A DNA stretch of 47,604 nucleotides from an uncultured Dehalococcoidales bacterium (GCA_964557455.1 CAZLAL010000090.1:1-47604), one strand, 5' to 3'. Shown: positions 1 through 9,786, numbered from the stretch's first letter. The notes: generated by a model from the sequence alone, not told the origin. Numbers and translations are program-made.

Positions 1-212
1 TCTTTGACTTCGGGGATTCTGCCCATAACCTTTACATTGCCGTTAATAGCCAGTGCTGGAGTCAAGGTGACGCCCCTCTTTATTATTTGCACCTGGTCCT
101 TTACTAGCTTGACCTCTCCTTCTAGTCCCAGTTGGCGCAGTGCCTCAGCGGCGTTTTTCTCCGTGGCCTGGCACTTCGGACACCCGGTGCCGAAAACCTC
201 TAATTTAATCAT
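1..212 (-). CDS. thioredoxin-fold redox-active disulfide protein (CPKC active site), C-terminus cut by window edge
   Basis: The ORF runs off the window, so it is absent from the ORF track. Minus-strand ATG at 212-210, with AGGAGG (complement of 219-224) 6 nt upstream. Translation: MIKLEVFGTGCPKCQATEKNAAEALRQLGLEGEVKLVKDQVQIIKRGVTLTPALAINGNVKVMGRIPEVK. An N-terminal strand plus CxxC is typical of the small redox-active disulfide protein 2 family, which often follows DUF318 permeases. Confidence 0.7.
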   Translation of the reverse strand, partial: MIKLEVFGTGCPKCQATEKNAAEALRQLGLEGEVKLVKDQVQIIKRGVTLTPALAINGNVKVMGRIPEVK

Positions 213-236
213 TCCGAACCTCCTTGTACTATTTCC

Positions 237-1256
237 TCAAAGTGTTACGACAAAAGTCTGGTAAACCAGACCAGCAATAAATGCGACTACTACCGCCAGC
301 GCCGCATAGTTGACGACTACCTTCCAACCAATAATCCGGGAAACACCTAACATCGAAGGTATTGAAGCCATAGGGGCGCCTATCAGGAAGGCAAGAGCTG
401 CTGCCGCTGACATACCTTTGGCAATTAAGCCTCTGACCAGGAAAACCTCAACCAGTGTCGGTGTATATGTAGGAACGCCAATGACAGCCCCGAGCGCAAC
501 TCCACTGGTGCCTGAAAGGTAATTGACGACTATCTCGGTAGGAAGGTATCTCTCGATGAAACTGATTACAAAGATTCCGATACCCAGATAGGGTAACACC
601 AGTTTCGCTAGGATACCGGCTTCCTTCATAGCGTTCCAGCTCTTCTCATGAAAATCGAACTTCACTTCTTCGACGGACACGGCGGTTATGCCTGCATACT
701 TTGTCTCCTGTTCCTTGCCCCAGCTGGTACGGCTGATCAGGTAACCGATGGCTATAGCGCCGACCAGGCTGAACGCTAGCCTGAACAGCATTATCTTTGG
801 GGATATAATCGTTGCCGTAAAGATTAGCGCCATGACGTTGGCTGCTGGGGCCATCAGCAGAAAGGTCAATGCCGGCCCTATTCCTGCACCGGACATCAGG
901 AGTCCGCCAAAAATCGGTATCATGGCGCAGGAGCACACGGTTAACACCGGTGCGAAAACCCCAGCCAGAACAAATGAATAGAAGTGGTTGCTGCTCAGGT
1001 ATTTCTTCATTTTTTCTTTGGGTACAAATGCTGAAAGGACACCGCCCAGCACGAAAGCGAGGGCGAGCGGTCCCCACGCCCGGGTGATGTAGCTGAAGAT
1101 ATAGACGAAAGGCAGCTGCCAGAAGGCGTAATCCATCAGTTCGTTATAATCGGGGGTGGTCGGGTTGTCATAGTTGAATACCGGAAATAAAGGTGCCCCT
1201 GTAACGCGGGGATAGATAATGGTTGCCAGACCCACCCCGATTATGAGCCACGGCAA
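237..1256 (-). CDS. multi-pass membrane permease, COG0701/DUF318 (ArsP-like) family
   Basis: 339-aa, almost entirely hydrophobic ORF with a Cys pair inside a TM segment (LTVCSCAMIPIFGG). It lies between an ArsR repressor and a CxxC thioredoxin-fold gene on the same strand. Confidence 0.75.
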   Translation of the reverse strand: MPWLIIGVGLATIIYPRVTGAPLFPVFNYDNPTTPDYNELMDYAFWQLPFVYIFSYITRAWGPLALAFVLGGVLSAFVPKEKMKKYLSSNHFYSFVLAGVFAPVLTVCSCAMIPIFGGLLMSGAGIGPALTFLLMAPAANVMALIFTATIISPKIMLFRLAFSLVGAIAIGYLISRTSWGKEQETKYAGITAVSVEEVKFDFHEKSWNAMKEAGILAKLVLPYLGIGIFVISFIERYLPTEIVVNYLSGTSGVALGAVIGVPTYTPTLVEVFLVRGLIAKGMSAAAALAFLIGAPMASIPSMLGVSRIIGWKVVVNYAALAVVVAFIAGLVYQTFVVTL

Positions 1257-1371
1257 GATTGTTCTTAGCCGTCTAGTGATATTATTCGTCTTGCTCCTTC
1301 GCTCTTGCTTTTAGCAGGTCGCGCTACCGTAGTTTCGGCCATGCACATAGCCAAATATAACGCTCAAAAAA

Positions 1372-1722
1372 TTACCTTTGTATCGCGTGCGGCCCGCATT
1401 GCACAGCACGCCCTAACCTTTTTCTGTCCTGTAGCAGAATTTCCTCCTTAACAAGAGAAGCCCGGAGAACTTCAATTAGCGGGCCGGCATGGCTGCTAAT
1501 TCTTTGCTCATCAATAGAGTAAACGACCCAAAGCCCGTCTCTTCTGGATTTAATAAAGCCGGCGTCCTCAAGTATGCCCAGGTTACGTGAGGCCCGGGAC
1601 TGGGTGATGTTCAGCGCCTGCATAATTTCGCAAACGCAGCACTCTCTTTCCAAGAGCACTTTCAGGATTCTAATCCTGGTGTCATCGGATAGGGCCTTAA
1701 ACAACTTTACGAAATCTCTCAT
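1372..1722 (-). CDS. ArsR/SmtB-family metalloregulatory repressor
   Basis: MRDFVKLFKALSDDTRIRILKVLLERECCVCEIMQALNITQSRASRNLGILEDAGFI is a classic ArsR wHTH with a CVC sensing motif. I place the start at ATG 1722, not the ORF-track 1782, because a promoter and operator occupy 1750-1798. Confidence 0.85.
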   Translation of the reverse strand: MRDFVKLFKALSDDTRIRILKVLLERECCVCEIMQALNITQSRASRNLGILEDAGFIKSRRDGLWVVYSIDEQRISSHAGPLIEVLRASLVKEEILLQDRKRLGRAVQCGPHAIQR

Positions 1723-1749
1723 TGCTATCAAACAGGCGCTGTTTCCAAG

Positions 1750-1798
1750 ATATGCGCATACCCGCATATAGTTTAGCCACACAAGCGTTACTTGTCAA
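1750..1798 (-). promoter_or_regulatory. arsR promoter (TTGACA-17-TAAACT) with overlapping inverted-repeat operator
   Basis: On the minus strand, TTGACA is the complement of 1793-1798, followed by a 17-nt spacer and TAAACT (complement of 1770-1775). Immediately downstream is the inverted repeat ATATGCG-N6-CGCATAT (1750-1769), which fits ArsR-type autoregulation. Confidence 0.5.
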
Positions 1799-1962
1799 GC
1801 CTGCTAAAGAATGGTTGGCGTATTTTGTAGCCGAGGTCACGGAGGAGACACTCTGAACACTAATATCTGAACCCAAAGCATTATCAGATGACCGAAATCC
1901 GAAGGACTAGCCGGTTTTAGATTTGGAATTTACGGTTTGGAGCGGACTGCCGTATCTCGTCG

Positions 1963-2802
1963 CTAGGCAGCTGAAATTACCTTTATCTCGTCTCCCACCA
2001 GCGCACCCAGGAAGTCGCAAGCGCTTCCCCCTCTTAGCGACACTTCAAGATAGCCGCTGCTGCCTAAGATAGCCATTACGCCTTCCTTTTGTGAGTAGTA
2101 TTCACTGATGCCCTGAATACTATAGCCAGCTATCTCAATCACGGCGTCCTTTCCCGCTACATCCTTGATTTTGATATTGGTGATCAAATTGCCGAAGCGG
2201 TCAACATGTAATATCTGGCCAACCAGCCTGCCTTCTGAATCAAGCGATGGCTTTGGTATCGGGAGGACATGTAGCGAGTTGATTTTTTCCCCGAATTCAT
2301 AGGGGGAAATACCCAGGGAGAGGCCGGCCGCTACCGGAGCAAAGATGTCTCTGCCATGAAAGGTGGGGCTGACCGGATGCCGCCAGAAGCGCGGGTCGGT
2401 GATAGCTGCAGCTTCCAGTCCCTTCTTAAATACTATCTCCTTGAGCTCGTCACTCGCTTCGGTCAGCGAGGGACTTTCCAGCGAAAATAAGTCATCAACT
2501 ATATAGCTCAGGATGCCGTTGTCGGGAATAACGAAGATTGCCGAAGGTGTCTTTAGTATTATGCCCCGGCGCTCACTGCCTACCCCGGGGTCAACGATGG
2601 CGAGGTGTACGGTTTGCTTGGGGAAATAGCGATAGGCAATACCGAGAATGAAAGCAGCCTCACGGATATTCTGCGGCCTGATAGAGTGGCTGATGTCTAT
2701 GATATTAGCTTCGGGATTAATGCTTAAGATGGCGCCCTTTACAGCACCCACATAGGCATCGTCATATCCAAAGTCGGTTGTCAGTGTTATTATAGGACTC
2801 AT
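1963..2802 (-). CDS. SAM hydroxide adenosyltransferase family protein (DUF62, fluorinase/chlorinase-like fold)
   Basis: 279 aa. The N-terminus (ITLTTDFGYDDAYVGAVKGAI) and later HVDRFGNLITNI match the conserved DUF62 signature blocks. Confidence 0.8.
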   Translation of the reverse strand: MSPIITLTTDFGYDDAYVGAVKGAILSINPEANIIDISHSIRPQNIREAAFILGIAYRYFPKQTVHLAIVDPGVGSERRGIILKTPSAIFVIPDNGILSYIVDDLFSLESPSLTEASDELKEIVFKKGLEAAAITDPRFWRHPVSPTFHGRDIFAPVAAGLSLGISPYEFGEKINSLHVLPIPKPSLDSEGRLVGQILHVDRFGNLITNIKIKDVAGKDAVIEIAGYSIQGISEYYSQKEGVMAILGSSGYLEVSLRGGSACDFLGALVGDEIKVISAA

Positions 2803-2817
2803 CCACAGATACCGAGG

Positions 2818-3030
2818 CTAGGCAGTCGCCAGAGTAGCCAGAAGTACAAGCGCGACGACCAGGATTATGGTCAGCTTGAACAGGGTGCTTTCTATACCTC
2901 GCCGGGTGCGATACACCGAGTCAGCTTGCCCGAAGATCCCCCCTATGCCTCCACCGCGTAACTGGAATAACAGGGTGGCAATCAGAGCTATTGCTACCAG
3001 CATCTCAGCAATCAAAAGATAATCAGGCAA
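2818..3030 (-). CDS. secG: preprotein translocase subunit SecG
   Basis: 70 aa, two TM helices joined by a Gly-rich loop (LLFQLRGGGIGGIFGQ), the characteristic SecG pattern. It sits directly downstream of gatB. Confidence 0.7.
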   Translation of the reverse strand: MPDYLLIAEMLVAIALIATLLFQLRGGGIGGIFGQADSVYRTRRGIESTLFKLTIILVVALVLLATLATA

Positions 3031-3031
3031 T

Positions 3032-4468
3032 TCATTTACCTCCTAGCTCCTCCATAATGACAGCTTTTACCGCGCCCGGATTGGCCCTTCCTCTGGTGGC
3101 TTTCATCACCTGCCCTATAATGAAGGTCAGAGCTTGCTGTTTACCAGAGATGTAGTCTGCTGCTGCCTCTTTATTAGCGGCTATGACTTGTTTCACGGCT
3201 TCCCTTATTTCACCGGCATCGCTAATCTGGCCCAGTTTCCTTTCTGCTATGATCTCACTGGCTCCCTTGCCAGTGTCAGACATCTCCTCGAGCACCGCTT
3301 TGGCTGTCGGTCCGGTTATAGTACCGTTGTTGACCAGGACAAGCATCTCTGCCAGATGTTCTGGCCGTATTTTAGCATTTTCAACCTCGGTCTTGGAAGC
3401 GTTAAGCAGTCGGCTGAAATCTCCTAGCAGCCAGTTGCTAACCAGCTTTGCCTTGCCGGGGCCCATTAGTCTAACGCAGTCTTCAAAATAATCTGCCATG
3501 GCCCTGGAGCCAGTCAGAATGTTGGCGTCGTATAAGGACAACCCGTATCGAGCTATGAATCGGTCTTTGCGGGCTTCGGGCAATTCAGGGAGTCTGGCTC
3601 TGATTTCCTCTATCCACGACCGCTCCAGGAGCAGCGGAGGCAAGTCAGGTTCGGGGAAATACCGGTAATCATTAGCATATTCCTTGGTTCTCTGGGACAC
3701 CGTCATGCCTGTTTCCTCTGCCCACCCTCTGGTCTCCTGCACCAGCGTCCCACCTTCTTCAAGCACATTGCTCTGCCGCTTCGCTTCATAGGCTAGAGCC
3801 TGATACACCGCCTTGAAGCTGTTGAGATTCTTAACTTCCACCTTGGGCAGCAGCTTCTTACTAGTCGCGGGACGTATGCTTATATTGGCATCGCATCTAA
3901 AGCTTCCTTCCTCCATGTTGCCGGTGGACACTCCCAGATAACGCAGAATAGTGCGTAACTTGGTAAGGTAATCTCGAGCCTCTTCGGGCGAGCTTATCTC
4001 GGGCTCGCTAACGATCTCCATCAGCGGCACGCCGGCGCGGTTGACATCTACCAGACTGTGGTCTCCCTTGTGCCACAATTTAGCGACATCCTCTTCAAGA
4101 TGCACTCTGGTGATATTGACTCTTTTCGCCGTGCCGTCGCTGTCGATGGTTAGCCACCCCCCCTTTCCAAGGGGGGCATCATATTGGGAGATCTGATAGC
4201 CCTTCATCAGGTCGGGGTAGAAGTAGTTCTTGCGGTCAAACTTGCTGTGTTCGGGTATGGTGCAATTCAGGGCCAGGGCGGTCATTACCGTATATTCTAT
4301 TGCTTTCTCGTTGATAACAGGGAGGACTCCGGGCATGCCCAGGCAGATAGGGCAAACGTGGGTATTGGGAGGAGCGCTGGCATAATCGGCGCTGCAGCTG
4401 CAGAACATCTTGCTCTTGGTTAGTAGCTGGGAGTGTACCTCGAGACCGATGACGGTTTCATAGCTCAT
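3032..4468 (-). CDS. gatB: Asp-tRNA(Asn)/Glu-tRNA(Gln) amidotransferase subunit B
   Basis: 478 aa. [15 protein letters not shown]..., CSC...[28 protein letters not shown] and the C-terminal GatB/YqeY tail ([16 protein letters not shown]) are all canonical GatB blocks. Confidence 0.95.
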   Translation of the reverse strand: MSYETVIGLEVHSQLLTKSKMFCSCSADYASAPPNTHVCPICLGMPGVLPVINEKAIEYTVMTALALNCTIPEHSKFDRKNYFYPDLMKGYQISQYDAPLGKGGWLTIDSDGTAKRVNITRVHLEEDVAKLWHKGDHSLVDVNRAGVPLMEIVSEPEISSPEEARDYLTKLRTILRYLGVSTGNMEEGSFRCDANISIRPATSKKLLPKVEVKNLNSFKAVYQALAYEAKRQSNVLEEGGTLVQETRGWAEETGMTVSQRTKEYANDYRYFPEPDLPPLLLERSWIEEIRARLPELPEARKDRFIARYGLSLYDANILTGSRAMADYFEDCVRLMGPGKAKLVSNWLLGDFSRLLNASKTEVENAKIRPEHLAEMLVLVNNGTITGPTAKAVLEEMSDTGKGASEIIAERKLGQISDAGEIREAVKQVIAANKEAAADYISGKQQALTFIIGQVMKATRGRANPGAVKAVIMEELGGK

Positions 4469-6185
4469 AGCTTTCGCTCAGTATAGCAGCGTTCTCAAGC
4501 AGGAGCAAGGAGTCGCTGACTTGACCCACGCTCGGGGCATTGCTAGAATTCAATTCGGGGATATAGCTCAGCTGGGAGAGCACTGCGTTCGCATCGCAGG
4601 GGTCGGGGGTTCGAATCCCCCTATCTCCACCAAGGGTGACCATAGGCAGAACTTCCAGTGACTCCTTCATTCTCCCATCCGGTGGCATGGGTAGAGTGTA
4701 GTCTATCTTGGCGCTTCCTCCATCTATTTCAATTCTCTTGATGAATGAGCGAAGGAAAGCCTTGCTCTCAAGAATGTCAGCATCTCCGAGCAGGCATTCC
4801 AGGTCCCGAGCATAAGCCTTCACGATTCTGGCATCCACGTGTTTGACTACGCGAGTAATTTTCTCGGCTTCCATGAGAAGCCTAGCCTTGCTTAACTCAT
4901 CCTGCCGGACTCTTAGGCCTTTGATCCGGGGTGCCAAGTCATCGAGGCTGAGTTTTTCTGTTTCAAGGGCATCATACAGTTTCGACAACCTAGCTTCAAC
5001 ATCGTTGAGCTCAGCATCAATGGCATCCAGCTTCTCTTTCAAGATACCCTGGGTGGAATCAAGTTCCATATTGACTAGGCTGACCAACTCCTCCAGCGAC
5101 TTCTGGTTAAGTACCCTCTGCTTGACTTGCTTGAGGACCAATTGTTCGAGCTTATCTTTCGGCAACGCTCTGGCATTACAGGCATTCTTGCCTTTTTTAA
5201 ATCCCCCATTGCAGGTATAGTAGAAATACTGATGCGACTTGGCACTTCGACCTATCATAGCGTGTCCACAGGAACAGAAGAGGAAGCCAGTGAGGAGGTA
5301 AGGGCTCGGTATGGTGCGGGGATGAATTGTCTGTGGCCTTTTGGATCTCATTCTCTCCTGTACCAGCGCAAAGGTAGCCGGGTCGATAATTGCTGGCCAA
5401 GCATTCTCCACTCTCACGGGAGGATCGGAGCTGTGAATTGCCGGATGTCCCGGCCTACCACCCCAGACGAGGGTACCGCAATATGCTTCATTCGTCAAAA
5501 CCTTATGAACCGTGGTCCTCCCCCATAGTTGTCCCCCTCGAGTATGAAAGCCTTCTTTGTTCATTACTTTGGCGATTTCCTTGGAGCCGATGTCCTGCAG
5601 TGCCATACCAAACATCCTCTGAACAACCCTTACAGCCGCAGAGTCGTCAGGATCAGGCCCAAGCTTGTATCTGGTCTTAGTACCGTCCTGTACAGGAACC
5701 CTGCGTAAGCCGTAGGGAGGTCGGCTGCCATTGAAGAAACCACGTTGAGCGTTCTCTCTCATACCGCGCTTAATGTCCTGCCCGAGACTGGCGCTATAGA
5801 ATTCGTCGATAGATTCGATGACCCCTTCGAGCAGTTGACCGGAGGGGCTATCGTCCAGTTGTTCGCTGATGGAGATGACTTTGATACCCTTGCTCTTCAG
5901 CAGCGTTTTGTACGTAATGGAGTCCAGTCGATTTCTTGCAAACCGATTCAGCTTCCAGACCAGAATGCCTTCAAACGGCACGGGCTCGGTCTTGGCGAGG
6001 GCAGTCATCTCGCGAAAAGCAGGTCTGGAGGCGGTGCGACCACTTTCCGCCTCATCAACAAATTCTCTGACAATCTCGTGCCCTTGCTTCGCCGCATAGT
6101 CTCTCAATGCCCTGAGTTGAGCCGATATTGATAGGTCGGTATCCTGACTGTCGGATGATACTCTCGCATAAACAACAACTCTCAT
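4458..6185 (-). CDS. large serine recombinase (resolvase catalytic domain + recombinase domain + zinc ribbon + coiled coil); the last ~58 codons are read-through into host tRNA/promoter DNA
   Basis: [14 protein letters not shown] catalytic Ser motif, a recombinase domain, Cys-rich CSCGH...YYTCNGG...C, then a coiled coil. ATG 6185 is preceded by GGGGGTG. Recognisable domains end near codon 518 (about 4645); the ORF then continues antisense through tRNA-Ala to a stop at 4458. Confidence 0.9.
   Translation of the reverse strand: MRVVVYARVSSDSQDTDLSISAQLRALRDYAAKQGHEIVREFVDEAESGRTASRPAFREMTALAKTEPVPFEGILVWKLNRFARNRLDSITYKTLLKSKGIKVISISEQLDDSPSGQLLEGVIESIDEFYSASLGQDIKRGMRENAQRGFFNGSRPPYGLRRVPVQDGTKTRYKLGPDPDDSAAVRVVQRMFGMALQDIGSKEIAKVMNKEGFHTRGGQLWGRTTVHKVLTNEAYCGTLVWGGRPGHPAIHSSDPPVRVENAWPAIIDPATFALVQERMRSKRPQTIHPRTIPSPYLLTGFLFCSCGHAMIGRSAKSHQYFYYTCNGGFKKGKNACNARALPKDKLEQLVLKQVKQRVLNQKSLEELVSLVNMELDSTQGILKEKLDAIDAELNDVEARLSKLYDALETEKLSLDDLAPRIKGLRVRQDELSKARLLMEAEKITRVVKHVDARIVKAYARDLECLLGDADILESKAFLRSFIKRIEIDGGSAKIDYTLPMPPDGRMKESLEVLPMVTLGGDRGIRTPDPCDANAVLSQLSYIPELNSSNAPSVGQVSDSLLLLENAAILSESYEL
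4521..4549 (+). promoter_or_regulatory. tRNA-Ala promoter TTGACC-17-TAGAAT
   Basis: TTGACC at 4521-4526, a 17-nt spacer, and TAGAAT at 4544-4549. The mature tRNA 5' end lies 8 nt downstream of the -10 element. Confidence 0.5.
4557..4632 (+). tRNA. tRNA-Ala (anticodon CGC), CCA encoded
   Basis: GGGGATA/TATCTCC acceptor stem with the G3:U70 alanine identity pair. D-arm GCTC-AGCTGGGA-GAGC, anticodon arm CTGCG-TTCGCAT-CGCAG, T-arm GGGGG-TTCGAAT-CCCCC, then discriminator A and CCA. Confidence 0.9.
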
Positions 6186-6207
6186 ATTCACCCCCATGTG
6201 TTGACCA

Positions 6208-7041
6208 TTATAATGGGCAATAGTGACAACGGCCGGGAACTACTCTTCTGAGTGTAATCACTGCTATTTCATCGTTCAGGTTCTTCTCAACACGACCGAG
6301 GTCCAGAAGAGATTTTTTGAGCTTCTCCAATTCCTCTAGCTCCTTCACACGCGACTCCAAGTCTTGCACCACTTCGCGTATGACCTTTGAGACCGTTCGA
6401 AGATGACCCTGTCCCACTGTCCCTAATCCGAATGCACCGTAGCGGAAATTCACGAAGCCTTCTCCTGCGGGTTCTGTACGGAGATTCTCCTCAATGTCTA
6501 GCCCACGGTACCCCTTGGCCCATTGCGCAGCCTGAAATCTGAGAGCTTCGATAAAACCATCAATAAGCCCAGAAGAACCCTCAGTCAAGCCGCTGCTCAA
6601 CCTGGCGTCTGATGTTACCAACTCTTCAATTTTGTTCTCAGTTTCCTCTGTAAGTTCGGCTATCCTTTGCCTTAGGCTGTCCCTTTGGTTCAGATAGCCC
6701 CAGATTCGCGATCTTGGGATATGCTGGCGTAAGGCATTTCTCATGTGTTCGGAATACAGACCATGGGCCCCAGTTGCTTCTCCTAAGGGGTACGTGCCAA
6801 GCGTTCTAGCATAATCACACAGGTCTTGATAATGACGCTCTAGGGCATTGCGCAATACCATTGACCTGGCTTCTTTGACTTCTCTCTCTTGTTTGGCTAA
6901 TTCGATATGTTTTCGCACTGTGCGAACATCCACTTGATCCTTGTTAGCTATACTGGGTGGTGAATCTCCGTCCTCATAGCGCCTCAGCCAATCAAGCCTC
7001 TGCTCAGGTGTGATTCTGGATTTTTTTATTTCTTCTGCCAT
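6208..7041 (-). CDS. hypothetical protein, N-terminal HTH-like segment plus coiled-coil C-terminus (possible recombinase accessory or regulatory factor)
   Basis: 277 aa from ATG 7041, with GGAGGA (complement of 7044-7049) upstream. The ORF-track start at 7083 falls inside the -10 box of the promoter. Its stop is 22 nt upstream of the recombinase ATG, so the two are probably one operon. Confidence 0.6.
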   Translation of the reverse strand: MAEEIKKSRITPEQRLDWLRRYEDGDSPPSIANKDQVDVRTVRKHIELAKQEREVKEARSMVLRNALERHYQDLCDYARTLGTYPLGEATGAHGLYSEHMRNALRQHIPRSRIWGYLNQRDSLRQRIAELTEETENKIEELVTSDARLSSGLTEGSSGLIDGFIEALRFQAAQWAKGYRGLDIEENLRTEPAGEGFVNFRYGAFGLGTVGQGHLRTVSKVIREVVQDLESRVKELEELEKLKKSLLDLGRVEKNLNDEIAVITLRRVVPGRCHYCPL

Positions 7042-7081
7042 ATGTCCTCCTGCTGCAACCTGGTCATGTATTGTGCAGTAC

Positions 7082-7110
7082 ATTATATACTATTTAACTA
7101 ATGTTGTCAA
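7082..7110 (-). promoter_or_regulatory. perfect consensus sigma70 promoter TTGACA-17-TATAAT driving the HTH gene and the serine recombinase
   Basis: On the minus strand, TTGACA is the complement of 7105-7110, followed by a 17-nt spacer and TATAAT (complement of 7082-7087). A divergent + strand candidate, TTGACT (7126-7131)-17-CATATT (7149-7154), faces the tyrosine recombinase module. Confidence 0.6.
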
Positions 7111-7363
7111 GTGTATCTTAAAGCATTGACTCAATGTTCTATTCATGCCATATTTGATTCCAATGGCTGTAATTAGAGGCACTATTTATGCTTATTGTAC
7201 CAGAGAAATGGCAACATGGCAAGCAAGCCCGATCCATCTGTGACTCCTAGGACCAGTGCATTGGCCATCCTCGCGAGAATAATAGCTCACGATATCTTGA
7301 GGAAAGCGAGGATTGGTAATGGACGCCTTGAAATGGCGACCAACGTGACTGACAACGAAACCA

Positions 7364-8119
7364 GTGAGAATAATGCGGACACAAACGATGAAGATTGCCA
7401 CAAATGACGCCAAGAAAGTTTATCTGGAACCCGAAGACGCAGCGCTGCTCGAGGGTGCCACCACGAATCTGCGGGATAGGTTACTGGTCCGCCTTCTATT
7501 TCGGTTGGGTTGCCGCATCAGCGAGGCTCTAGCTTTGGAGGTCGAAGATATAGACTTCGCCCAGGGTACGGTCAAAATTCAGCACCTCAAAGCACGGATC
7601 AATTTGGGATGCCCCAAATGCGGCGCTAGATTGGGAAGGACCCATAGTTTTTGTCCCAAATGTGGCGCAAAGGTAACAGCGACAATAATCAAAGAACAGC
7701 AGCATCGCAGGATGAGGGTACTCCCTCTGGACAGGGACACTTCGGCAATGTTGGATGATTTTATCAAGCGCGGCGGCCCGGTAAATAAGAATGGTAGGAG
7801 ACTCGTTTTCGGTATAAATCGTCACAGGGCGTGGCAGATCGTTAGAGATTGCGCTGAGAAAGCAGGATTCCCCAAGTTAATCAATCCTGAAACCGGGAAG
7901 ATGCATAATGTGAGTCCACATCGGCTCCGCGACGCTTTCGCTGTCCACGCTGTGAAGCTGGATGACTCTGGTGACGGACTCAGACTCCTGCAGGAGCACC
8001 TCGGCCACACCAGCTTTGACACCACTGCGAAATACAGGAAGGTTGCGGGCGAGGAACTGAGGGGCTGGTACGACCGGCTGTGGAAAGAAGAGGTGAATCG
8101 AAATGAACCTCAGACCTAG
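7364..8119 (+). CDS. tyrosine recombinase, catalytic domain only, with an inserted double-CPKCG zinc ribbon
   Basis: Catalytic residues in order: GCRISEAL (Arg I), HRLRDAF (HxxR), LGHTSF (His) and TTAKY (Tyr). CPKCGARLGRTHSFCPKCGAKV is inserted between the beta-hairpin strands. Only about 30 aa precede box I, so there is no core-binding domain. The start may be ATG 7388 (MKIATND). Confidence 0.8.
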   Translation: MRIMRTQTMKIATNDAKKVYLEPEDAALLEGATTNLRDRLLVRLLFRLGCRISEALALEVEDIDFAQGTVKIQHLKARINLGCPKCGARLGRTHSFCPKCGAKVTATIIKEQQHRRMRVLPLDRDTSAMLDDFIKRGGPVNKNGRRLVFGINRHRAWQIVRDCAEKAGFPKLINPETGKMHNVSPHRLRDAFAVHAVKLDDSGDGLRLLQEHLGHTSFDTTAKYRKVAGEELRGWYDRLWKEEVNRNEPQT

Positions 8120-8603
8120 TAGAGGCGGCTTCCTGCGTCCGTTCGGTTGTGGCTGGTTTATTCGCGAATTCCTCATGGGTCACGGTCCAATGGGCTCGCC
8201 GCAGGTAGACCCTAATGTTGGTGCGCCTCAATCCGATATCTGCTATCACTACAAGCAAACTCTCCTGAGCGCGATTGCCGTTGATAGAGCCACCAGGCAG
8301 GAGGAAAGGCAGGCCAGGCATGAAAAGCGTCCCATCTCTCCCGACAGAATAGAAAAGCTTGCCGCACGATACCTGCTCCGGACACCCTACAAGTCCAGTA
8401 GCTGCCGCTATCACTCGTTCGTTGTCTACTTCTCAAACCTCCAGAGGCTCGGTTGGGTGGAAGAAAGCGGGAAGGAAGAGCGCTCAAGCTTTCAGGACAA
8501 TTACCCCCGAGGCTATCCCCGCAGGTTCTTTCGCCTCGCTGAGGCTGGCAGAGCTGCCTCTGAGAGCGCTTGGGCAAACCCCCTTGCTGCCCTCTATAGG
8601 TAG
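8103..8603 (+). CDS. hypothetical protein, possible winged-helix DNA-binding protein
   Basis: 166-aa ORF overlapping the recombinase stop by 17 nt. The C-terminal half (SCRYHSFVVYFSNLQRLGWVEESGKEE) resembles a recognition helix plus wing. No RBS is obvious. Confidence 0.35.
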   Translation: MNLRPSRGGFLRPFGCGWFIREFLMGHGPMGSPQVDPNVGAPQSDICYHYKQTLLSAIAVDRATRQEERQARHEKRPISPDRIEKLAARYLLRTPYKSSSCRYHSFVVYFSNLQRLGWVEESGKEERSSFQDNYPRGYPRRFFRLAEAGRAASESAWANPLAALYR

Positions 8604-8836
8604 TGTCCTATGTCAATGACCGCACGGCAGTAGCGGTTTTCATTCCTTCGTGAAATCATGGAAATTCCTTGCTTTGAAATCCTTCACGTAAATATAGGTT
8701 CATTCTGTTAATGAACAAAATGTCCTTTTGTGTGATGATGGATACTGGATAATCGCACCTTAACAACTGAATATCCCACAAGGCGAGCCTGAGCGCTTAC
8801 CCACTTCGGGCCAATAGAAGCGAGAAGGGGGGCAAG

Positions 8837-9550
8837 ATGAGAAAACTAGGGGAAAGGCAAGGCATTTGCCACTGGGACCCAGATAACGCAAATTGCGTTA
8901 CCGCAGCGACAAAACCTTGCCAGCTACAGTCTATCGGAAGTGCAGATGGAGAGCAAGGGTACAATGGCAACAATGGCTATGACCAGCTACCAGAGCCGTA
9001 TTTAACCTACTACAAAATAGCTTTGCGGTTCGCTCACAAGTCTTTTCTAGACGACAGACAAGACCTTCTGCACGACATCATCGAAGGGCTTGCTAGAGTA
9101 GCGGAACATAAGACGATTGGCGAAGCTGCGATGTATCGGCTTGCCGAGCATGTCAAAGACCATTACTGGTATAAGCACTACGCCTATCATAATGGGTTAG
9201 ATTGCCAGCACTGTAGCAAAGAGCAGAGGGCCAAATGCCGATACCGGTGGGGGCATAGCGAGTGGGGCTTTGCTGATTGTGAGAAGGCAATCCGCCTTGA
9301 AAGCCTAAACCAGCCTGTCACAGATAGCGAGGGCAATATGACCGAGCTTGGGGAACTAATAGCCGATGACAACGCTCTGGACTTGGACGAATGGCTAGAC
9401 GCTAAGAGTTTCCTAATCGGAGCACCAATACGACTAAAGGCAATCGCTATCAAGAAGCACAAAGGTCAGACGCTAACAGAGGCGGAGCTAATGTATCTCT
9501 CAAGGCTACGGAAAAAACAACAGAAAACGCTCGCAAGCGTTAGGTTTTAG
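8837..9550 (+). CDS. hypothetical protein, sigma-70 region 2/4-like or HTH regulator with a Cys-rich insert
   Basis: 237 aa, with GGGGGG 4 nt upstream of the ATG. The C-terminal LTEAELMYLSRLRKKQQKTL resembles a region-4 HTH. Cys cluster CQHCSKEQRAKC. The family assignment is tentative. Confidence 0.5.
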   Translation: MRKLGERQGICHWDPDNANCVTAATKPCQLQSIGSADGEQGYNGNNGYDQLPEPYLTYYKIALRFAHKSFLDDRQDLLHDIIEGLARVAEHKTIGEAAMYRLAEHVKDHYWYKHYAYHNGLDCQHCSKEQRAKCRYRWGHSEWGFADCEKAIRLESLNQPVTDSEGNMTELGELIADDNALDLDEWLDAKSFLIGAPIRLKAIAIKKHKGQTLTEAELMYLSRLRKKQQKTLASVRF

Positions 9551-9786
9551 GCAATTCCGGACATTATTATAGTAGAAGCAACCGCATAGGCTAGCGAGTT
9601 GCAGCTATGCGAGGGCTTACTACTGGCTACCAGTGGACTTGCCCGCCATTGGAGAATAGCCGAAAGGGGGTGTTCTAAATAGAACAACTAAATATCGTGG
9701 GCAAACGCTCAGGCGAAGGCTTTGTGGCTCACAAGGCGAAACTGGTGAACGCCCTGTCCAGAACATTAGCCGAAAGGGTGATGCTG

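Noticed and set aside
4-264. 86-aa + strand ORF at the left edge
   Set aside because: It is the antisense reading of the CPKC thioredoxin-fold gene (1-212, minus) and the permease 3' end. It has no RBS and its composition looks non-protein-like.
7195-7407. 70-aa + ORF overlapping the start of the tyrosine recombinase; considered as a frameshifted N-terminal domain or an excisionase
   Set aside because: The sequence (MASKPDPSVTPRTSALAILARIIAHDILRKA...acidic tail) does not resemble a core-binding or Xis fold. It has no RBS, and there is no slippery site at the overlap.
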